Shown here: positions 10,856-24,864 of the stretch, piece by piece | How positions within the stretch are numbered: position 1 is the stretch's first letter | Layout of the letters: each line of letters opens with the position of its first letter | Translations under genes and position numbers: made by a program | DNA from: Gracilinanus agilis | Lineage: Eukaryota | Assembly (NCBI RefSeq): GCF_016433145.1 | Contig: NC_058130.1 | Span: 167,035,972-167,099,971, forward strand | Direction: 5' to 3' | DNA length: 64,000 nt | Notes under the pieces: generated by a model | Databases searched by the model: none | What the model was told of the DNA's origin: nothing | The model's input: the letters and a program-made list of their open reading frames with translations, nothing else

Positions 10856-11177
10856 GAATGAGATTTAGCCTCTCAGAGGTTAAGGGAATAGTATCAGTTT
10901 TGGAGAGCCTGGCAAGGAATCAAAAGCTCAGATTTGAGGAAAAAGGCTCTGTTCAAGGAGCTGAGAAGTTTTAATAAAAATAAATTTTATTCTATTTAAA
11001 TATACAACTTGATCATCCAAAACATAAATCAGTGTGCTCCAATCAAAGGGAAATACATATCATACACACATCATCCTAGTCATCTAACACCAAATGGTTA
11101 CACAAGTCCTGGAAATGCTGGGCTTCAAAGCAATCAGTCTCCCCATATCTAATTGGAAACAGTTGTAAGGTGCTCTT

Positions 11178-14100
11178 CTACCTTGTCTGGCTGCTGTAGA
11201 AAAAGAACAATAAATAAGCCTAGGCCCCAGTTTATGAGTAAAGTACTCAAGAGCCAAAGAAATATAGAGTACATAAATGGTGATGGAAACACATGAATTC
11301 TGCACATTGCTAAATCATTCATTAGAACTAAGGGAGATGCAAGGCATACCTGATGGCTAAGGTCAGACTGTGGTACCATCGAGATAGTGACTCTTGGTTG
11401 GTGGACATGAGCAGCAGTTTTTCCTGGGGAAAAGAAAGCTGAGAGGAAGAAATGAATGACTTAAGTTCTCTATCCAGAAAACTCAGTCCTAAAGCTGAAG
11501 CCATTGCTATCTAAAAGAAAAAGATATATGTAGTCAAGGATGGTGTTAGACTCTGGACTTGTGATCTTACAGAGTTGTATAGACCAAGGATTGATAAATT
11601 GTAGCCTATTGGCTAAACTGCCTGTTTTTCTATATTTTTCTAAAACTTTACTTAAAAAAATATAAAGACTGGTCTTGACTTATAGCAGTACAAAAACAAA
11701 TGGCAGTCCATTTATCAATCCCTGCTCTGAAGTGATTTGCTCAGTGGGGGAGTATGTGTGTGTATGTAGAGAGAGGTGAGACTTGAACTCAGGTCTTCAT
11801 GGCTCTAAGATTAGCTCTGTCTATTCTTCACAGCCTATCATGTGAAGATCTTGGTGGTTATAGCAAACAAATTTAAGGTCTATGCTACATGGAGAGAAAC
11901 AGGGCTTATTCCTTGAACCCTGGGCAAGATTTAGGGGAGGGAGTACTAAAAGAGTGTTCTTTGAGCTGGTCTAATTCCCTAATTTTACAAATGGATAACG
12001 GGTTCAGAGTGCCCAAAGTCACACACAAGCTAGTGGTAATAAGTAGGACTGAAATCCAGTTCTCCTGACTTCTACCCAGTTCAAGTGATCTTATGCCATG
12101 TTTATATGTTTTAAAAGAAATTCCTAAAGATGGATCTAAACAGGTTACTCAGGGAAGTTTGGGGCCCCATATCTGTCTTGTCAGAATATCAGACTGGTCA
12201 TAATATGTCCTCTACAAATTGGGGCTTAATTTATTGTTTTGTTGATTGTCTAAACTTAAAAGTGATGGATATTAATAATGCTGCAGATTAAACTTAAAAG
12301 TGTGTCATAAATACATTTTATCTTGGGGGTAGTTATAGGCCTGATCCTAGGAATAACTTTGGCCTAACCCAGGGAACACTCTCCATACCCCTGAACACAG
12401 TCCCACTTACACTGAGCAGTCCACCCCCTGCTTCCCCTGAGTGGCCAAAGATCCTTTGGAGCCGACACTGGGCCATGGGGTAAAGGGCCTGACAAGCAAA
12501 GGTCCCTCCATACAGGACATGTAGAACAGACCGGGGTTTAGCCATCAAAAGTACATCAGAAAAGAGGAAGAACATTCGAGGTTTTGGCTCCCCCTTAGGA
12601 GGGACCACTAGTAGCCAGCCCTGTCGAAGGAACCAGCGCCCTGTGGTAGAGAGAAAAGGGTGGTTAGCATAGTTCACAAAGTCTAGGGGGTGACATTGTG
12701 GGAATGTGCTACTTCTCTAAGAATATTCTTATATTTTGAGGTCTTGGGGAGAAGAATCCTAAAGGCCTTTGTGGAGCAGGGGTACCAGAGGGGTAGGGGT
12801 TAGGACTGACCTTTGGTCAGACCTTTAGCCTGACGACCACTGAGCAAAGTCTGAATCCGGTGGAGTTGTCTGCCATTCTCCTGTTCCCGACCAATGGCAC
12901 CAACCTGCTGGATGGCCTCACTCAATTTCTGAGTAGCCTCTAAAATGACAACCCCCACCAAAATGCCATCTGATTAATAAAATAACTAGAAAAGAGGTGT
13001 TAAGGAATGGAGAAGAGAAGGGAAAAGGAGATGAAAGATCTAATTGTGGAGCTTAGCATTAAGAGTCTGGGATATACTCATGATGTTGGCTTGGGGCAAA
13101 CATACTTGTGAGCTGTGGATAGTCAGGGTTGTCAGGACCCGTATTTTCAGCCAAAGCTACAACCAGGTTTTCATATCTGGAAAAGATAGAATGAAGTTTA
13201 GGGATGTTAGTTGCCAAGTAAGCCTAGGAAAAGCAAACTTAATTATTGATTGATCAAAATATTGCTTTTCCACTAGGCAAACTTATGGACTCATTTGGTT
13301 TCTATGTTTTCTGGCTCATTTACTTTCCCTATCCAGAGCTCCATGTACTCAAACCTTGTTCTTACATCTAGGACTAGAGGTCACTCTTTGCCCATTTCTC
13401 TTTAAGTAACCACGATGAAATTTTTTATATTTACCCCATAGGTTAAGGGAGTGATATAGGGAGAATTCCACAAAAGACTACAGATTACCAGCTCCCTACT
13501 TAGTTTCCTGGAGTTATTTAATCATAGTCTTGTTCATGGTCCCTAAGGACAAAAAAGAGTGGCATACCCAGATATTTGAGTATTTAAATCACAAAATACC
13601 AATGCTCACTGTTCGGCAGCCAAAAGAGTTTGGCTAACTCTGGTCTTAATAATAACTTACCTTTATCTAGTCCTTTGAAATTTGCAAAACATTTTACACA
13701 CTTTATCTCATTTGACCCTTACAACAACCTGAATAGGTATTATATTATATATATACCTACAGATATTATTCCTATTTTACAGGTGTGGAAACTAAGGCCA
13801 AGAGGGATTGACTTTCCCAGAGACTTGAGACAGAATTCCAAACCTCGGTGTTAGTGATTTAAGCCCAGTGCTTCCCACCCTACCCTGTCAGTCAGGGTCA
13901 CCTCCCAATTGAGGGTGTTACCTTACAAGGGTAAGGGTCTGAGAGTAGATTGGCATCAGAGCAGGGATCAAGGTGGAATCAGAGGATCACTTACTGTTGG
14001 AGGCGTTGCAGTGGTAAGGGAAGCAGGTCCACAAGCCGAAGGCCCCCAAACTCAGGACGTCCCTCCTGAAGCTGTACAAACCTTCTGAAACACTTACTCT

Positions 14101-15087
14101 TTCTTAGCTGCTTCTAAGTTGAGAGTGGGATTGGGTTATAGAAGAAAAGCAATGAGGGGCACAGATGGTGCTTATGCTGCCCTTAATAGTTACTTGTGCA
14201 CACAGCTAGTCCATACTATTAACTTTCTGGGATGAAGGCCTTGTCTGATTCTTCTAGTTGTAGCATATACCTTAGACTCACAGTAAATGTACTGAGACAA
14301 AATAGGGAATGCACAAATGCCCTGAAGGGTAATACCTCTCGGAAGAGGTAGAACAGGAGTACCTGGAGCGTGGCTCTGGACTGCTCTTGGTTTGCAGCAA
14401 AACGAGTGTAGAATTCTAAGTGGTGACAGAATCTTTCTAGGCCTGCTCCCCAATTCCCAGCCTCCAGATGCAGGAGCAGCTCCCTGTGCAAAAGGGAAAA
14501 CACAGACTGCCTTCCACAGGCACACCTCTGGCCCACTGTTCTCCCACAAACACCCTTTCTACCCTTACTCACTGGCTGGCAATATGGATGGATTCCCAGG
14601 GTCCAAACACAGCCTGTAGCTCAGCTGGTCGCAGGGTCCCTTTAGCTCTCAAAATGCATAAAAAGTACTGGGGGGGGGAGGGGAAGGAGAGAGTCATAGG
14701 ATAGGGGAAAAGATTGAGGGTGGACAAGAACGGATGAAATTTTGAGAGATGGCTAAAGTGCTTAAGTGTAGACAGTACCCAACCACAGATCAAACCAGAG
14801 ATCTTTCTGGGCCTAGCAGTGTGCTACTCCTCACCCCCACCCCACGAGAATCCTGGCTCTACCCCTAGCCTGCCCCAACTCCCCACCGGTGCCTACCCGT
14901 CGGGCCCCGCCCCCCTCTCCCAGACCGGTGCCCACCAGCCAGCGTCCTCGCGCACCTGTACCACCAGCGCTAATTGTTCCTGGTAGCGGCGCTCAGTCTC
15001 CAGCAGCTCTCGCGCCGTGCGGCTTCGCTTTAGTTCCCAACGAGCCCGCTGCTCACTCACTGGGCACCGCGGCCCCGGACTCCCCAT
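11178..15087 (-). CDS. ARHGEF39: Rho guanine nucleotide exchange factor 39 (DH-PH), 333 aa, 9 exons
   Basis: Exons 15087-14956, 14667-14573, 14483-14363, 14113-13995, 13176-13106, 12939-12811, 12640-12411, 11438-11350 and 11193-11178; 1002 nt, open. Motifs RTARELLETERRYQEQL, LLPLPLQRLQQYENL and GRWFLRQGWLL. Confidence 0.97.
11585..11724. mobile_element. Old hAT/Charlie-type MITE in ARHGEF39 intron 7
   Basis: Terminal inverted repeats CAAGGATTGATAAAT ... ATTTATCAATCCCTG; degenerate 8-bp flanks GTATAGAC / CTCTGAAG. Confidence 0.6.
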
Positions 15088-15269
15088 GGTGGGGCAGGGG
15101 AGGCCGGACCAGGATTGAAACAAAAATAACCCTTCCCCGCCACCAAAGATGGGGGTGCTCGGTCACTTCACCCAGAAAATGAGACCCTAACGCACCCACT
15201 CTCAGCACGCGCCCACGTCAATTGCGAGCAGCTCCTCCACTCCAAATGCCAAAGGGGCTGGGATCTGCC

Positions 15270-15470
15270 AGGATTCAAATTCCAACCGCCACCAAAAGAG
15301 GCGGGGCCGGGGAGAAGACAGTCTGGTGAAGGGAATTCTGCACGGCGCCCCCTGCTGCCTGGGAAGTCACGGCACCGCCGGTACTGCGCATGTACCAAGA
15401 AGGCCTTGGGTTGCCAGCTTCATTCTTCCCCTCCCGTTTTCCGACTTGGGCATGCGCGCCCCCGCAAACC
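15270..15470 (-). promoter_or_regulatory. ARHGEF39 GC-rich promoter with CHR-like TTTGAA, GC box and NRF1/ZNF143-like motifs
   Basis: TTTGAA (sense) at 15274-15279 with GGCGG 6 nt upstream; GGCGGGG near 15300; TGCGCATG near 15386; GGGCATGCGCGCCC near 15448. Confidence 0.5.
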
Positions 15471-16129
15471 CGCCCATATCGGAGCATGAGGTGCTCTAGG
15501 TGGGGCCCCTCCTCCTTCCCCCATCTCATCCCAGAATTTGGTGTAATCCAATGTGGTGAGGACCACAAGTATGGTCTTTTAGGATTTTGTAGTGGGAGCC
15601 TATCGTCTCCATCCCCGTTTTACCAATAAGGAATACAAAGTTCAGAGAGGCGGATGTTTTTTTCCAAAGTCACACAGCTAGCAAGTTGAGCCGAAAGGAC
15701 TTTCATCCTAAGCTTTCTGAGTCATTGTTAATGTTCTTCCCATTAACTCAGTTGTACTCAACATTTATCAACTTTATTAGAGTCAAAGACAGAGGAGGTC
15801 TCAGTTTCCAAGGACATTAGCACCTCCTTAGAGTTCACTCAAGGGACCTTGCTCTGGGTCCAAAGCTTCACTGGTTCCAAACCCCCTAAACTCCTGCCTC
15901 CCCTGATACCTAAGCCTGCTTTCTGGGTACAGAGATCTGCCACACCCGAGGGCAAATTACCTGCCTCCTTCCTCCTGTTGCTGCCGCCGTGTCCTCATTT
16001 CCTCTTTTCCCTTCTTCACCTCAAAGTGTGGTCACACACAAGCCAGACCCCAGTAAAGAGCTTTGTTTTGGCTCACAAGCAATTTGCTACAAATAGCAAG
16101 GAGAGAGATTCTGGCCCTCAAAATAATGA

Positions 16130-17310
16130 GGCTTAAAAGGGGGCTTGGAAAATTGACAAATGGTCAAAGGATATGAAGAAATCAAAGCTATCAATAATCG
16201 TTTGAAAAAATACTCTAAATCACTCTTAATTAGAGAAATGCAAACAACTCTGAGATACCACCTCACACCTATAAGACTGGCCAGTGTTGGTGGGGATGTG
16301 GTAAAACTGGGACACTTTGACCACACTTTGGGAGTTGTGAATTGAGCCTACCATTCTGAGAGTAATTTAGAACTATGTCCAAAGGGCTATAAAACTATAC
16401 ATACCCTTATTTTATTTTAAATTTTATTTTGTCATGCAAGACACACTGCCATGGTCATTGTTCTAAGAGCACACTCACAGATAACCAGAATCCAAAATAA
16501 AATCAAAGATACACTGATGCGAAAAATTACTCTTAACAGTTCTTTCTCTGGAGGTGGATAGCATTTCCCCGTAAGTCTTTCAGGACTGTCCCAGGTCATT
16601 GCATTTGTGCATACCCTTTGATCCAGTAATACCACTGATGGGTCTGAATTCCCAAGAAATTTTAAAAAAGGGGAGAAAGGACCTACTTTACAAAATACAA
16701 AAATATTTATAGCTGCCCTTTTTTGTGGTGGCAAAGAATTGGAAATTGGAAGGATGTCCATCCATTGAGGAATGGCTGAACAAATCGTGATATATGATGG
16801 TGATGAACTATTGTGCTGTAAGGAATGAAGAGCAGGATGATCTCAGAAAGAGCTGGAGAGACCTACATGAACTGATGCAGAGTAAAAAGCAGAACCAGGA
16901 AAACATACATAGGTTTGCAATACTGTGGGATGATCAACTGTGAAAGATTTAGTTTCTCTCATGGATGACCCAGGACAATTCTGAGGGACTTATGACAAAG
17001 AAAACTATCCACCTACAGAGAAAGAACTGTTGGTGAGAGAATGAAGATTAAGGCAGACAATTTTTCACTAAATTTGTGTTTTCATTTAGAGACTTTGGGT
17101 TTATATGGATATCCTCTTACAACAATGAACAATATGGAAATGTTTTGCATGATAATATGTGTATAACCAGATCAAATTGTTTAATATTTCTGGGAAGGGG
17201 AAGGGGAAAGGAAGAGAAGGAGGGAGATAATTTGGATCTTATAACTTCAAAAAACTTATGTGGAAGATTGTTATGACATGTAATTGGTAAAATAAAATAT
17301 ATTTACATAA
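16130..17310 (+). mobile_element. 5'-truncated LINE-1 (ORF2 C-terminus and 3' UTR)
   Basis: SLLIREMQTTLRYHLTPIRLA is the L1 ORF2 C-terminal motif; marsupial L1 3' UTR features and an A-rich end. Boundaries are approximate. Confidence 0.85.
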
Positions 17311-17449
17311 AAATGAGGATGAGGGGAGAATAATGGAGAGAGAATGTCATCCAATTTCTTATTTTACAAATGTAAAAAGTAGGATACAATGATTTGCCTA
17401 AAGTCAGAGATTGCAAATCCAGGCTTTCTTGGATGTCTATCAATTCAGG

Positions 17450-18060
17450 AATGGCTAAACAAGTTATGGTACATGAATATAATGGAATATTATTGTGCTG
17501 TAAGAAACTATAAATGTGAGGAAATCAAAAAGGCAGGGAACAGTATATCTGAACTGATGTAGAGTGAAGTAAGCAGTACCAAAACTACAACTATAAATGG
17601 AAAGAAATACCAAAAAAAAGCAAAAATGAATGCTCAAAATTATTAAGAACAAGCATGTTGGGGGTGGGGGNNNNNNNNNNNNNNNNNNNNNNNNNNNNNN
17701 NNNNNNNNNNCCCTTACCACTCTTCCACCTATGAGCCAAAACACAGAAGTTAAGGGTTTAAAAAAAATTAAAAAAAAAAAATAAGCATGTTCTGGAAAAA
17801 AAAAAAGATGAAAAGACACTCCTACCCCAATTCCTTTCAGAGGTGGGAGGTCCTTAAGTGATGTATATTGTACTTATTTTTGGGCTTTTCCAGTATATTG
17901 ATGAATTAAGCTGATTTCCACCCCCTTTTTTTGTCCTTAAAAACTGTTTTAGGAAATGGCTTTCTGAAAGTGGGGAGGGATAAGGATACTGAGGGAAACT
18001 ACAAAGGTAAGAAAACCAAATTAAATAAAAATCTATTAAAAAAGATAAACCCAAACCAAC
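17450..18060 (+). mobile_element. LINE-1 3' fragment spanning a 40-N gap
   Basis: GGTACATGAATATAATGGAATATTATTGTGCTGTAAGAAA...GAACTGATGTAGAGTGAAGTAAGCAG is typical of L1 ORF2 end and 3' UTR. Confidence 0.65.
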
Positions 18061-19529
18061 CAGATCTTCTGTCTCCAAATCCCAGAGCTCTTTCTAGTAT
18101 GCCATGCTGTCCCCTAAATAAGGCTGGATGGTACTCAAATTTCCCAAGCTATTAATTTTTGTTAATCTATCTTTAAGGTTTACAGAACACTTTCCTCACC
18201 ACCCTATGACGTAAGAAATGTAAATATTCAACTCAGTTAAACAAACATCATGTACCTATGCTGATACCCATTTTGGAGATGAGGAAATGAGACTCAAAAA
18301 GGGTGAGGGCTTTATCTAGCATGGAACAATGATACCACCAGTACTGAAACCCAGATTTTCTGATTCCAAATCCAGAATCTCTCTGACCAAAAGGCCCTTC
18401 TTAAAAATAGCTCAAGTTTCCAGAGCTTTTAAAAGGTCGACAATACACTTTACTCAAAACAGGCCTGTGAGTCTGGGAGAACTTGGGTTCAAATTTGGCC
18501 TCAGATTCTTCCTAGCTATGTGATTCTGAGCAAGTCATTTAACCTTGATTGCTTAGCCCTGGGTGCTCTTTTGTCTTAAAAGTGATACTAAGGCAGAAAG
18601 TAAGGGGTTTTGAACGATATGGAAATTTGTTATAGTGATAATACATGTTTAACCCAGATCAAATTGCTTGCCAGCTCCAGGAGTGGGGAGAGAAGGATAG
18701 AGGGGGACAATTTGAATCTTATAACTTCAGAAGATTTACATGAAAATTTATTACAAATAATTGGCAAAAAAAAAAGTTGGGAAAAAATACATATTTTTTA
18801 AAAGTTCACAAATCCCAGGTTAAGAACCCCAGTAATAAGGTTTTGTGGGTTTTTTTAGCTAATACACCTGAGCCTAGTTTGGCCCCCGTAGGTCTCTCTA
18901 GGCCCAAAGCCCAAGTGTGTTCTTCTATAAATAGAAAAAAAAAAACTCAAAATAGAATGGTATCTTCCTATGGCCAACATGTCTCCAGCTGAATTGGGCT
19001 TCACCTGGGTACTCTCTTTAGAGTCTTTTCTGCTACCTGAGGCTGACTTTCCGGAAGTCTGATGAAGACTGCTTTGGGTGACCTGCCCACATTCCCACTT
19101 AATCCCTTGACTAATAATAATTGACTAATACTTTCCCGCATATCTTAAGGGTCTATGATTTTATTGCCGTGAGTATTGCTTCTACTAAGGCAGATCACAA
19201 ACTTTCCAGGCCTCAATTTTACAAGTTTAGTTAGGCCATCTGGTTATTAAAAAAAGAAATCTGCCATACCCGGTTCCCAAGTTTGGGGCAAGAAGCCCCT
19301 CCAAATTTAGCTGGGCTAAATCCACTGCCAGAGGGTTTAACCTTAACTTTAACAAACATTAAAAGCAACTCTAAACCATCATCAACCTGGGACTAGAATT
19401 TCTTAACTGAAAGATGCTTTCAGTAATTTTAAGTACAAAGAAAACTGGTACTTAAAAAATGGAATTGTAAAATTGGCCATTTAAAAAATGACCTTCCTCC
19501 TTCCTTCTTTCCTTCCCTCCTTTAAAAGT

Positions 19530-21005
19530 GCTTTTGTTTATCTCGGAAGTACTTATGTTAAAATTTTGTGATGGCAGTAACCTAGTCCCAAGTGTGTTCT
19601 CTAAAAGTAGACATTTCCTGTAACTGACCAATGCTTATTTAAATAAAACAAGCAGATATAGTTGCTGGAAGGGATTAAGAAGAAATTAATTGCCGAGTTA
19701 AAAATAACATTGGCTGATGAGACTCAAAAATCCCAGCAGACTTACATTCTGCTTCAAGGGCTTGTCCCCAAAGTCCTTCCAGCTGGGAAGGACCTGTTGG
19801 GGCACGCTTTCCCCTGTCATAGCCTCCCGGAGCTCAGGCTCACTATCCTGAATCTTGGAGGAAGAGGAATAATAAAATAAAAGCTTCTCACTCTGACACA
19901 CAAGGCTATGCATGATCTGGTTCTAACGTGTCCAGCTTTTTCTAATGCTGCTTCTCTTTATAGTCAAACTGGTTCATTCTGCAACTCTTTCTTTCCTTAT
20001 CTCTCTTGTCCCTTTGTTTTTGCTTGTGCTGGCTGCTATCTGTGACTGGGGACATCCTTCACCCCACTGTCTCTCTCCTGTGGAAGGTCCTTCTTTTCCT
20101 TCAAGGCTCAATTCAAATGTCACCTATTCCACTGTGCCTTTCTTGATTCATTTCCCCTTACTCTTTCCCCAAATCACCAGCTAAGATGGGGCAGTCAGAA
20201 TACTCCTTTGGCCCTCATTGTCATTTCTATTCTCTCCCACTACTAAAATCCTTCTCTTCCTTTGAGGTTTATTCAATGCAAATTTATCACCCAATCATGA
20301 TGCTGTTAGCTGTTATCTACCAACTCTAAGACACTCTCTTTCCTTCCGAAATAAGTTCAATGTCTGGCTCACAGTCTTTCTCTCTGCTTCCTGCCCTCAC
20401 TTAACTCCTGCCCGCATGCAAGAGGACTTATACCAGTACTTTCCCAAACCCCATAATTTCCCCACTCTTCAATCTTAGCATAACCAAAGACCTGTTCTTT
20501 CACTCTATTTCAACTGCACACAAAGACCCACTTCCATGTTCATGAACTTCCTCTTCTCCCTCCCTCCTCATCTCACATCCCTGAAATACCTTCTTGCATT
20601 ATCTCTTCCTTTACTCGTGTCTCATGAAAAGAGGTGACCTTTTTCCTTGCCAAAGCAAACACCACTATATATATATGCACATGTGCTTCCATTCCCTCCC
20701 ATCTTCTTCAGCAGATTGCCCACTCTCTCCTTCCCTCTCTCTTTCAATTCTTCATTCTCTCACTGGCTATTTCCCTGCTGCCTACAAACCAAGTCCATGG
20801 CTCTCCCATCCTTAAAACAAAACAAAACAAACAAAAAATCCTCACTTGATTTGTCCATCCTTCTAGCTTTCTTCCTTTTCATGGTTTACCTCCTTGAGAA
20901 AGCTGATTGGTGCCTCAATTCCCTTTCTTTTCACTCTTTTCATTTCTGTACTGCCTGGCTTCCAACCTCATCATTCAGTTGAAAAAGCTTTCTTCCAAGT
21001 TTCTT

Positions 21006-21036
<31 letters not shown>

Positions 21037-21690
21037 TTTACTTCAGTCTTAGAATCTATAATAAGAATTAGTTCCAAGGCAGAAGAATGGTAATAGCTAG
21101 GAAATTGGGGTAGGATTCAAGTGCCTTGTCCAGGGTCACACAGCTAGGAAGTGTCTGAGCCCAAATAAGAACCCAGGACCTCCCATCTCTAGGTCTGGCT
21201 CTCTATCCACTGAGTCACCTACCTGCCTCCAATGTTCCCTTAATTACAAAATCTATTGGCTTTTTCTCAGTTTTCACTCTCCTTGACTTCTCTGTTCTTT
21301 TTGATGCTGTCAATCATCCTCTTCTTGATACTTTCTTCTTGTTAGGTTTTTGTGGCACTGTTGTCTCCCATTTCTCGTCCTAACTCGTCTGACCACTCCT
21401 CAGTCTCTTTTTGCTGGATCTTCATCCAGGTCACAATTGATAATAATCCTAGGCCCTCTTCTCTTCTTCCTGAATACTATTTCATTTAGTGCTCTCATTA
21501 GAATCCATGGAATCAATTAACATTGAATTATCATTTTTATAGAGATGATTCTCAGCCCTAACCTCTCTCCTCCTGACTTCTAGTTTCCCATTACCAACTG
21601 CTTTTTGGATGTCTCAAATTGGATGTTCTATAAAAATTTCAAACTCAAAATGTCTATTTCTTTAAAACAGAACTCATCTTTCTTTGGCTT
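19530..21690. mobile_element. Cluster of degraded LINE-2 fragments with an inserted SINE (~21050-21230, -) and a (CT)n tract
   Basis: L2-like C/T-rich ORF2 remnants; reverse SINE core at 21050-21230. Confidence 0.55.
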
Positions 21691-23560
21691 TCTTTTATTT
21701 TTTTCCAGTTACATGTAGAAACAATTTTTTACAATTGTTTTCTGATATTTTGTGATTCAGATTCTTTCCCTCTCACTCTCCCCCACCCCAGGTTAATTGG
21801 TCTATTTAGATTATACCAGTGCTTTTATGCAATAAATATTTCCATGTTCCCCATGCCTTGACAAAAGACACATCACACATGTAATAAACTCATGAAGGAA
21901 AAAATGTGAAAGATGGTGTGCTTTGATCTGCAATCAGATTCCAACCAATAGTTTCTTCTTTGCAGTGGATAGTATTTTTATCATGAGTCCCTTGAGGTTA
22001 TCTTGGGCCTTTCTTTTGCTGATAATAGTTTAGTCCTTCCCAGCTGGTCATCTTATAATATTTCTGTTACTGTATAAACTGTTCTGGTTTTGCTCACTTC
22101 ACTTTGCATCAGTTCATATAAGTCTTTCCAGATTTTTCTGAACTCATCCTGTTCATAATTCCTTATGGTACATTAGTATTCCATTACAACCATATATCAC
22201 AACTTGTTCATCCATTCCCCAACTGATAGACACCCCTTCACTTTCTAGTTCTTTGCCACTACAAAGAGAGCTGCTAAAAATACTTTAGTGCAAGTAAGTC
22301 CTTTTCCCTTTCTTTGATCTCTTTGGGATACAGACTCAGTAATGGTATTGCTGGGTCAAATGTTTTGCATAGTTTTATGGCCCTTTGGGTACAAATTGCT
22401 CCCTAAAAAGGTTATGTCAATTCACAGTTCCACCAGCGGTGTATTGTGTCCTAATTTTTCTACATTTCCTATTTATCATTTTCTTTTCTGGTCCAGCAGT
22501 TTTTGTCAAATAGTGAGTTCTTCCCCAATAACTTGGATCTTTGGGTTTATCAGACTCTAGGTTACTATGGTTATTGAATATTGTGCCTTGGTTTTCTAAC
22601 CTATTCCACTGATCCACTACTCTATTTCTTAGTCAGTACCAAATTATTTTTTTGATTATCACTTTTATAGTTTGAAATCTGGTACAGCTAGGCCACCTTC
22701 ATCCTTTTTTTTTTATGAATTCCCTTGATGTTCTTGACCTTTCCTTCTTCCATATGAAAATTTTGTTATTATTTTTTCTAGTTCTTGGAAATACTTTCTG
22801 GATAGTTTGGTTGATTTAGCACTGAATAGGTAAATTAATTTAGGTAATACTTGTCATTTTTATTATATTGATTCATCCTATCCATGCGCAATTAATATTT
22901 TCCCAATTGTTTAGGTCTGATTTCATTTGTGTGAAAAGTGTTTTGTGATTGTGTTCATAAGTGGTTGGATTTGTTTTGGTAAATATATCCCTAGGTATTT
23001 TCTATTGTCTACAGTTATTTTCTTTTTCTTTTTCTTTTTTTTTTACTAAACCCTTATCTTCTGTCTTGAAGTCAATACTGTGTATTGGCTCCAAGGCAGA
23101 AGAGTGGTAAGGGCTAGGCAATGGGGGTCAAGTGACTTGCCCAGGGTCACACAGCTGGGAAGTGTCTCAGGCCAGATTTGAACCTAGGACCTGGCTCTCA
23201 ATCCACTGAGCTACCCCGCTGCCCTGTCTACAGTTATTTTCAATGAAATTTCCTTTTCTATCCCTCGATATTGAACATTGGTGGTGGTAAATAGAAATGC
23301 TAATGATTTATGTGGGTTTACTTTATATCCAGCAACTTTGCTAATGTAGTCATTGTTTCTGTTAGTTTTTTGGTTGATTCTCTGGAGTTCTCTACATATT
23401 CCATCACATCATCTTTCAAAGAGCAATAGTTTTATTTCATCATTGTGTATTCTAATTCCTTTCATTTCTTTTCCTGTTCTTATTGCCATCACTGGCTTTT
23501 CTAGTACAATATTAAATAGTGCTGGTGATCCTAGGCGTCCTCACTTCATCTCTGATCTTA
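21690..23560 (-). mobile_element. LINE-1 fragment (ORF2 RT C-terminal region and 3' UTR), interrupted by a SINE
   Basis: Minus-strand remnant DQWNRLENQG...DKPKDPSYWG is typical of L1 ORF2. Confidence 0.85.
23022..23224 (-). mobile_element. SINE1_Mdo-like element inserted in L1 with 16-bp TSD
   Basis: TGTCTACAGTTATTTT occurs at 23006-23021 and 23225-23240. Confidence 0.9.
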
Positions 23561-24864
23561 TGGGAAAGGAGAATTCATTTTTCTTCCTCCCAACCCTTCT
23601 CTCTTCCTATTTCCCTATGACTATCTAAGATACTCCCATCCCCAGTCACCAAGGCTCCCACCCTCTCCACTCCTCAACTAAAACTCGATCACATATCATA
23701 TCACAATCCGTTGCCTGCCTTGCCATTTCTACTTCTACCACATCTCTCATCTGTGTCCCTTTGGTCCCTTGGCACAACCCTCATCACCTTCTAGGTGTTG
23801 GCCCTGCCTCAGTCTGTCCCCACTCCTCGGATCTGGACACATCAGCCTCTTCAAGACCTCTGGATGGACTACAAAATCCTGTTTGGCTTTTCAAGCCCTT
23901 CCTGACCAGTCTTCTCCTGCCCGACTTCCCTGGGCTTATCCTGTGACTTGGTGCATCTTGTCTGTAGGCAGCTGTTTGCTTGTTATCTGCCCCCTCAGAC
24001 TGGGAGCAACCGGAGAGCGGGCACGGCCTTTCCCTTCATCCTAGCCATAGTAAGGGCACAGTGCCTGGCCTTTAAAAAACACTGTGTGGCTTGTTTGGAT
24101 ACAGACCTGCCCCAGTCCCTGAAGCAATTGGTTTGGCAGATAAATGCCCTCTTAAGCTATTCAGAAAGGAAAGGATTGGAATATGAATATTAATTAATAT
24201 TGATATTAAATCCAGGGCAGTTCAGTGGTTTAGTAGATAGAAAGCCAGGCCTAGAGACAGGAGGTCCTGGGTTCAAATCTGGCCTTGGATACTTCCTAGC
24301 TGTGTGACCCTGGGCAAGACACCTAAATCCAACTGCCTAGCCCTGATTGCTTTGGAATTTTTTTTTTTATACAAATTGTTAATGAAAATGAGTTTTATTA
24401 CATCAAGTAATAAATACAAAGATGCATGTAACAGTTTTAGTCATTTATCCAGATTTTTTCAGTCATTCTATGACAAACTCAAGACCTGAAATCTATAGTC
24501 TTTGTCTGAAAGGTAACTATCTGGGTTCTTAATTTTTCAGTAGGCTGATCAGTCCTCTGTATTTATAACTCATGAATTTAAATTCAAAGCACAGACAATC
24601 ATGCAAATGCTCACATACCAAAAAATTGATACTTAATATTGATTCTAAGGCAGAAGGTAAGGATTTTCAAAAACATATATCTATGGAAATGTTTTGCATG
24701 ATAATTCATGTATAACCCTGATTGAATTGTCTGCTGTCATTAGAGGGAAAGGGGAAGGGAGGGAGGGAGATAAGCTCAATCACATAACTTAGGAAAACTT
24801 GTGTGGAAATTTATTATTACATATAATTTGGTAAAAAAAATATATGTATACATAATAAAAATAT

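Noticed and set aside
18860-19370. Possible LTR-like segment, and a similar one at ~48730-49410
   Set aside because: No clear TG...CA boundaries or TSD could be fixed by eye; needs RepeatMasker.
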